Part shown: one piece after another, positions 56,359 to 64,000 of the stretch | How positions within the stretch are numbered: the stretch's first letter is position 1 | How the letters are laid out: the number at the start of each line of letters is the position of its first letter | DNA from: Geosiphon pyriformis uo1 | Taxonomy: Eukaryota > Fungi > Glomeromycota | DNA length: 64,000 bases | Direction of reading: 5' to 3' | Assembly: GCA_016748015.1 (NCBI GenBank) | Contig: JAAOMT010000664.1 | Span: 8,715-72,714, forward strand | Position numbers and translations under genes: made by a program | Notes under the pieces: model-generated | Databases searched by the model: none | Seen by the model: the letters and a program-made list of their open reading frames with translations, nothing else | Told to the model about the DNA's origin: nothing

Positions 56359-57245
56359 TGTTACAGGTGATTATTTCTGTTGTTGAATTGAATAACAACC
56401 CATAACTTGGTGCTCAAAAGCTACTTTCGTGGATGATGTGCGGAAGGTAGGGTATCTGAAGGTTTTGGTTAATCTGAAGGTTTTGTTGTGAAGTTTTTTG
56501 TATAATGGACAGAGATTCAATAAGGTTGATAGTGGTTGTATCTTCAAGTGGTTTTCCCAATTTTTTTCTCAGCGTGGTGGCCAAATTTAGTCTGGCAGTC
56601 ATGCTCTTCTGGTAAGCTATCCAATAATATATATAAAATCCTACCCTTATTTCTGGGTCTTTTACCAGGCTATTCTTGATGTTAATAACTCAGTGCTTAA
56701 TCTTTTAATCAATTAGTATACAACAACAAAATCAAAATAAAATAAAGAAAAAAATTAAAAAAAAATAAAGAAAGCAAAGAAATAAGCCAAGGCAATTTGC
56801 AGATTAGTATCTCATTAATAGCTGTGATCAAAAGCTATTGTTCCAGCGTGGTTAAGTATCAATTACTATCAACATGAAGGGTTGATAGTGGGGAGTGGAT
56901 TGAGATATGAAATAATTATTTATTTGATGATTGCATTTTTAGGCTAAGGATTTTTGTGGTATTGATTCTGTCTTTTCTGCTTCTAATACTACTGCTATAT
57001 ATACATAATTGAGATTCTTCAATTCCTCGATTCTTCACAATAGGAATCCTGGAATTTCTGGAATCCTGCAATTCCTTTGAGAGAAATCCTGGAATTCTGG
57101 AATCCTGCAATTCCTCGTTGGGAATCCTGAAATTCCTGGAATCCTGCAATTCCTGAAAGGAATCCTGGAATTCTACATTTACTACACTTGCTTCTGATTG
57201 GCTAATAATTATGCTAATATATTTCTTATATTTCTATGAGTAACA
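56359..57245 (-). repeat. 3' LTR of Ty3/gypsy element
   Basis: TG...CA ends on the minus strand, preceded by the polypurine tract AAAAGAAGGGAATAA (57246-57260, minus). Confidence 0.85.
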
Positions 57246-60200
57246 TTATTCCCTTCTTTTAATATTGAGCTCCATCGAAATCTAACTCATGTAATTTCCT
57301 CTCTTGAAGTATTTCCTGGATTTCATTTTTGAGAATTACTTGTGTTATTTGGGTCTGTACTTCTTCAAATTGAGCATTGGTGATTTTTCCCAATTGATTA
57401 CTGATAACCCTATCCATTGCTTTATTGAGCAATATTTCTGGTTTATCTTGAAATGCTGTGTGTATTCGGTATATAGCTCAGGCTTGTGTGGATAAGTTGT
57501 TCTTTCCCACAAAATATTCTAATTGTTGTAGTATTCTTTTGTCGAATAATTGCTTTGTTTTATCCGTATATAGATTCTGAATATTTACGTATTGTTCCAA
57601 GTAAAAATAACAATAGTTTCGTGGAAATTGTTGTATCTACCAATTCCAAGTTTCTTTAGTCAACTCTTGATATAGTGACTCTTTTGTCGATTTTTTTATT
57701 GTTAATTTTACTTTCGCCATAATTTTGTCCACAGTATTTTCAGTTTTCTTCTGTATTCTGAGTTGAAATATCTTTCTAGTATCTTGATATCAAATGGTTT
57801 GTTGATTGATTGTAATCTCCATTTCCTGGTGTTGGATTAATTGAAAGAGTTGTTGTGCTAGTGAGTGAATGTTGTCTGTAACTTCCATTTTTCTGATATT
57901 TCCTGTCACATTTACCATGTCTTTATATATTCTTTTGATAGATCAATTTAATGTGTTGTTGTCGATAATAATAATTGGTTCCAGATCTCATGGAATCTTA
58001 TCTGGTTGGACTAGTATTCTCTGTACTCCTAATTGTGGAATATTGCTGGTAGATAATAGTGTGATGTTGTGATATGGTTTCAGTCAATCTCCATGTGCTG
58101 CTTTGATTAAAATTTTGTTATCCAATCTTAATTTGTAAGCTCTATTTCCTAGAATTTCTTCTATGTGAAATGGTTTGTCCCATTTGGGGTCAAATTTTCC
58201 ACTCCATTGTTTTTCTGCTTTGGTACGATGTAGTAATACTTTGTTTCCGATCTTGAATTCAACTGGTTTGTCTGGTAGTTGACTATCATGTCTTTCTTTC
58301 TGTGTTTCTTGTAACTTTTGGATATTATTAGCTGCTCTTCTTTATTTGTTTTCCAACGTTTCTATTAGGTCATATGTTCTTTTCAGCAATGTTTTTTGAA
58401 AGTTTTCCTCTGTTATTGGTTTAGCTGGATATGTATTAATTTCTCTTTCTACTGGTAACGTTGCTATTCTTCCATATACTAATTTAAATGGTGTTGCTTG
58501 TGTAGTATCCTGTTTCATTGTCCAATAAGCAAATAGTACTAATAGTATAAACAAATCCCAATTGTTCTGGTTTTCTTGGCTGAGCTTGGCTATTGCTTTA
58601 CACAATATTCTGTTGAATCTTTCTACTAATCCGTTGGTTTATGGATGGTATGGTGATGATAATGGTCTCTTGATTCCAAATCTTTGGCTCAATTCTGTTA
58701 ATGTTCTGTTCACAAAATGAGTTCCTTGGTCTGATAATAATTCTTTTGGACATCCATGTCGACAAATCAAATCCTGATAAACAAATTCGGCAACGGATTC
58801 TGCATCCGCTCTTTGAATTGCTTTTGCCTCTGGCCATTTAGTGAGATAGTCCATAGCTACTGCTATGTATCTGTTTTCTCTGCTGGTGATTGTTAATGGT
58901 CCAACTAAATCAATTCCTATATGGTCAAATAGTTGTCCCACTTTGATTGGTCTTAATGGTTCACTGGATCTTGTTCCTCTTTTTTGCTGACAAGCATCAC
59001 AATTTTGAACATATTGAATGATGTCTGGGTACATTAATGGCCAATAGTATCTTTTTCTAGTTCTTTCCATGATTGCTTTTTTGTGAAAATGTCCTGCTGT
59101 TGGATTTGAGTACATGTTGAATAATATTGTTTCTTTTTCTGGCTCCGTAATTACTCTGGTTGGTTGATCTGGATCCCTTCTATTTTTCCGATAAAGTATA
59201 TTTTGGTGAGTGATAAAATATTTTGATTGTTGTTTGATACTCCTTTATTCCATATGAGATAAATTCTTCTTGAACTGTTAAGTGTTTAGATAATGTTGCA
59301 ATTGTTGATATTTTTGTATGTTTATTTTTTGTTGTATTTTTCCGTTGGTATTGTTCTGGTTTTATTATATTTTTGGGTTAAAATGTTCTTAGATTTGTCT
59401 TATTTGCGATAAACCATCAGCATTTCCATTGTCTTTTCCCTTTTTGTAATGTATAGTATAATTGTATGGTGCGAGTGCCATTTTCTATCTTGACTGTCTT
59501 CTATCTCCAAATTCTTGTTTTTGGAGTGATGTTAATCCCTTGTGGTCTGTGTATACTTCAAACTTCTGGCTCAAGTATTCTTTCCATTTCATGATGGCCC
59601 AGTATATTGCTAAGTGTTCTTGTTCCGGTGTTCCATAGTTCTTTTTGGCTGGTGTTAAACCTCTGCTGGCATATGCTATTGGATGTTCTCTGCCATCCAG
59701 TCCTTTCTGAGATAATACTGCTCCCAATGCTTGGCCAGATACATTGGTGGTGATGATGAATGGTTTGCTGTAATCTGGATAGATCAGCACTGGAGCTTGG
59801 ATGAGCTTTTTTCTCAAAATATCAAAAGCTTCTTGTTGACTTTCTGTCCATTCATATTTCACATTTTTGTTTTGCAGTTGATTGAGTGGCTGTGCTATCT
59901 TGGAAAAGTTCTTGATAAAACAACAATAGTAACTGGCAAATCCCAAGAATGATTTCAGTTCTGTTATATTGGTCGGCACTGAAAAGTTCTTTACTATCTC
60001 TATTTTCTTTGGATCCATTTTGATGCCATCTTTGCTAACTATGTGTCCCAAAAATTTGAGTTCTGTCTTGCCAAAGAAGCACTTTGTCACATTTAACTTT
60101 AGTTCTGCTCTTCTTAGTCTTTCGAACACTTATTGAAGATGATGAAGATGATCATTAAATGTCTTTAAGAATACATTGGTGTCGTCTAAGTATACAACTA

Positions 60201-60828
60201 CTGATTTCTACAATAAGTCATTATAAACAATTTCCATTAACCATTGGAAAGTTGCTGGGGCATTGGTTAAGCCGAATGACATCACTTCAAATTCGAAATT
60301 TCCTTCTCTAGTAGTAAATGTCATCTTCTCTTTGTTAGCTGAATTCATGGCTACTTGCCAGTAACCACTCTCCAAATTTAATGTAGAGAACCATTTGTTC
60401 CCACCAAAAGCATCGAATAGTTCCTGTATTCGTGGAGTTGGATAACTGTCTCCACGAGTTATACCATTGAGTTTCCTGTAGTCTACACAAAACCAGATTT
60501 TTCCATTTTTTTTTTGGACAAGTACCACTGGTGACGACCATAGACTTATTAATGGTTAAATTAGCCCATTGTCAAGCATTCTGTTTATTTTTTGACAAAT
60601 AATCTCGTGGCTGGCTGGCGGTACTTTGTATGCTCTTTGTTTGATTGGCATTGCATCTCCAGTCTTGATCTGATGCTGGATGATGTCAGTTTGGCCAAAC
60701 TCATTTTCGCTGGCAAAGATATCATTGAAATTGTTGAGTAACATTTTGAGCTGCATACATTGGAATGGATCTAAGTTTCCCATGTTCATTTGTTCCAATT
60801 GTTCTGGTTGGAACAAATAACATTTGTC

Positions 60829-61647
60829 TCATTCATAGATTGTTTGTGATGTGATGTCAACATATCCACAAAGTTGTGAAAAGTCTGGAATGGGGTTTGA
60901 TGATTGGTCTTCTATTTCTGTGGTTAAATATCCGATGGTGGTTTCTTCTGGTATGCTGATGACATTGCCAGTATTGTTGTAGATGGGAATTTTTATGCTG
61001 CTATAGCTTTTGGCTGGTATGTGGAGATTGATCAACCCAATCTCTCCTGATTCACAAAGGGTTGCTTCTGCTTCAAAAATCTGTTCTTGCTCCTTTTCCT
61101 TTCTTTCTATTGTTAACATGTACTGGCTATATGATGGAATAGAAATAGCTTGACCAGTTGAGATAATTTTTCCTTGGCCAACAATTTTTTCCTCTGCCAT
61201 GTTAACTGGTACATTTATTCTACCTGTAGATCCAAATCCCTGTATTTCTTTCGCTGTTATTCTTAATTCCTCTCTCTTTCCCATTGATACTAACTGAGCT
61301 ATTCTAACCAGAGGCAGGAATATTGCCTGTGCTATTTTTTCATTGGGCTCTATTATATAGGCCTTTTCTGAGTCATTTTGTAGCATAGCAATGATATTTC
61401 CTACATATTCTGCGTCAATTATTCCTCTTTTTATATTAATCCCTCTTTTTGCTAAACTACTCCTAAATGCTAATTGAACCATTGTTGTTGCCAGAATCTC
61501 TAGTGCTATTTTCAGATCAATACAGGTGTGTAAATGCGGTTCTAATTTGATGGCATCTTTTCCTGGGTATCTCAGATCAAATCCTGCATCTGTATCATGC
61601 GCACGTTCTGGCATAATATCTTCCCCATTGTCACTATACCATTTCAA
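60829..61647 (-). CDS. dUTPase domain within the retroelement pol
   Basis: dUTPase motifs AGFDL, RSSLA, GIIDAEYVGNI, EKIAQAI and a degenerate GFGSTG. Confidence 0.9.
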   Translation of the reverse strand: MKWYSDNGEDIMPERAHDTDAGFDLRYPGKDAIKLEPHLHTCIDLKIALEILATTMVQLAFRSSLAKRGINIKRGIIDAEYVGNIIAMLQNDSEKAYIIEPNEKIAQAIFLPLVRIAQLVSMGKREELRITAKEIQGFGSTGRINVPVNMAEEKIVGQGKIISTGQAISIPSYSQYMLTIERKEKEQEQIFEAEATLCESGEIGLINLHIPAKSYSSIKIPIYNNTGNVISIPEETTIGYLTTEIEDQSSNPIPDFSQLCGYVDITSQTIYE

Positions 61648-63083
61648 CTCTTGTTCTTTGAAAAGATCTGGTAGTGCAATATATTGTTCATAGTTTAAAT
61701 CGAGTTTTGAATTTGAGTCTGAATTGTTTTCATCATTATTGCCATTTTGAACGGAGCTAGAACCGTTGTTTTTGTCATCATCGTTGGAGTCTGGATCGCG
61801 ATTGATCAGTGATTCTGATTCTGATGCACAGCTGCTGATTGGTTCTTCTTTTTCAGGAATTGAATAGATTATGTGTGGTAGTAGATTGTAAATGAGGTCA
61901 TACTCATTACAATACTGGAAGTCACAGGGGATTAGGCAGTGTTGACATAGTCGAATGTTTAACTGTTCTAACTATTGTTTTTGTTCTTCCCTTGTGGGTG
62001 CTAATTCTTGGTAGTGTTTGTGAAATTGTTCAGGGTCCAGGAGATTTATGATAGGTTCTGCATCCCAGTCAAGCTCTAAAAGTTCTGGGGGGTTGTCTTT
62101 GATCGTTTTTATCTCTTCTGGCGTCACTCCTTCGATTTTTGCAAATGCTATTCGCCAAATTTCATTGTTATCATGTGAACAACTGTTCAGTTATTGTACA
62201 GCTCTTCTCCAGGCTGCTTCTATTGAAGTTTCTTTCCTTACCCAGTCACTTATTAGAATCGTGTATTGACACAACATGTCACACATTCCTCCCCATCCTG
62301 GGATGTTGTTCTACATCTCTTCATCTAGCAGAGTCTTCCCACAAGTGAGACAAGGTTGGTTATTCCATTTTTCTTGTCTCTTTGGTTGTCCGAAGTGTTT
62401 GAGTAAGCATAGACGGCAGTAGAATTTTATTGTAGTGTGGTATTCTTCATCGTCACCACAGCATGTGCTTATTGACGACAATTTCTTGCCACAATCAATG
62501 CATATAAGCTTAGATCGACAATAGATAGATTGTTGTGAAATAATGTAGGTATTATTATAAGCAGTGATGGTTTGGGTGGTCTTTTCTTCTTTCTTTTTTC
62601 CTTTATTTTCTTTGTCTTCTTCCCATTTCCAGCTTGAAGTCGGTTTACTCTCATCATTGTCGGTCCATGTCAAGTCATTGGTCTCCCAGGTAAGTTCTTC
62701 TTTTTGTTTCCCTTTTTCCTTGTTGTTGTTGTCCCAGGAGAGTATTGGCAGCAATTTGTTGTGCTTTTCGTCAGTCCATGACACTTGGTAGGCTTCTCAG
62801 GTAGGCTTCGGTTTCTTCTCGTCGAAGTCGATTAGTGGTGCCATGGTGCTGGTAGCCTTGAAGTGGCCACATGTTGCTGGTACTTGTGTGTGTTTTCCCT
62901 TTTGGCTGAGTATTAACTCTTGGGTCATCCAATCGAGCATGGCGTTGGTTTTGGACAGCCAGTCATTACCAACTAGGGCCTGGTATTGAGTGATATCTAT
63001 TACTAAGACTTTGATAAGTACTATGATGCTATTAATTTCTATAGAGAAATCATCTATCTCACCAATAGGTGTTTTGGTGGTGC

Positions 63084-64000
63084 TGTTACGGGATGGTTTT
63101 CTTGTTATATTTAATTGCTGATATCCCGCTTTAATTGCAATCAGTCTTTCGTGAGTTCCTCAATTCTATTTGTGTGATAATGTCACTGTTACACTGAAGG
63201 CTTTCTTTTTACTGTTGCGATGTAAGTTATTCTTTAATTCTTGATTGTTGTGTGTGTTTATGTACTCCTTCTCAGAGACTGAACTGAAATCTACCCACTG
63301 TCTGGGGTCTTCTCTGAGGCTATCCTTGCAATTGCCTGATGTGTTTCTCTAATCTAGAAACACAGAATGTTAATGGTTTTTAGTGCTTTTCTAATTCTCA
63401 CAATAAAGCTTTTATCAATTAGTAACAACGTGAATAATCTTGATCAAGGATTATTCTTCCAAGGGATTCAGTTGATGAATGATAGTTTCATTCAATAAAT
63501 AATACAAGTAAGTTTCTTAATACTTTGGGTTGTGATAGTTCAGTTTTAAATATTCTTTTTCATTTCTTTTTGATTTTAAAGGTTTCTTGGAATATTTAAT
63601 TTGAAAGTATGATTTAAAGTGGAGTTTGTTGGATAAAATTGGATCTATTGCTTGATAAGTTATGATTTTTATTACTTGATTGATTCTTTCCCAATATTAA
63701 AACTACTGTATATATACATGTTTGTAGTTCTACGAGAAAATACTTTCTTTTTGATATTTCAACCTGGTGCTTGCTGCTATCACCAGTTGGTATTGGCTGC
63801 TATTGTGAACTGGTGCTTGCCACTATCGCGAGATGGTGTTTGCTACTATGTTAATCATTACCTTTCTAAGATTATTACTGTGCTATATTATGATTGAATA
63901 GTTTGTATTATTTTTATGATTTTTTTTTCTAAATTCTTAAACTGTAACAGTGCCATCAGCAGTGATAATTCTAGTGCTGGCAGCTCAATTAACTCGGTGA
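63084..64000. mobile_element. Second, related LTR-element fragment inserted into the gypsy protease region (runs off the window)
   Basis: A new TGTTAC terminus at 63084 cuts the protease frame (…TTKTPIGEID). The segment ctacccactgtctggggtcttctctgaggctatccttg resembles LTR sequence at 56641. Confidence 0.55.

Larger units (their letters stand above)
56359..63083 (-). mobile_element. Decayed Ty3/gypsy LTR retrotransposon: protease - Cys-rich region - dUTPase - RT - RNase H - integrase
   Basis: ALVGNDWL, PERAHDTDAGFDL, CVDYRKLN, FGLTNAPATFQ, VYLDD, GAVLSQ..EHPIAYASR, GHF..CDACQ, GIDLVGP, SDQGTHF and PYHP..NGLVE. Domain order RT-RH-IN. Stops and frameshifts present. Confidence 0.93.

Overview
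AT-rich, intron-rich eukaryotic (fungal) nuclear DNA. The gene content and repeat style suggest Glomeromycotina, possibly Geosiphon-like, but that is inference. Host genes: a PY-motif tail-anchored protein, a 7TM/GPCR-like gene, a class IV (SIRT6/7-type) sirtuin, the NatB auxiliary subunit MDM20/NAA25, PUT2, ECO1 and ATP synthase subunit e. The right ~15 kb is a nest of decayed LINEs and Ty3/gypsy LTR elements, one encoding a dUTPase. The standout is a 7,850-bp DNA transposon (37431-45280) with 36-bp TIRs and an ATAT target-site duplication (Sola1-like). Its left half carries a spliceosomal-intron gene in the standard code, encoding a restriction-endonuclease-fold protein with two frameshifts. 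Its right half carries three intronless ORFs that are only intact if TGA is read as Trp (genetic code 4): a 584-aa DDD transposase and two Mollicutes-like coiled-coil genes. There are 11 in-frame TGA and no internal TAA/TAG. This looks like a two-genetic-code chimeric transposon that has moved DNA between a fungus and a Mycoplasma-related endobacterium.
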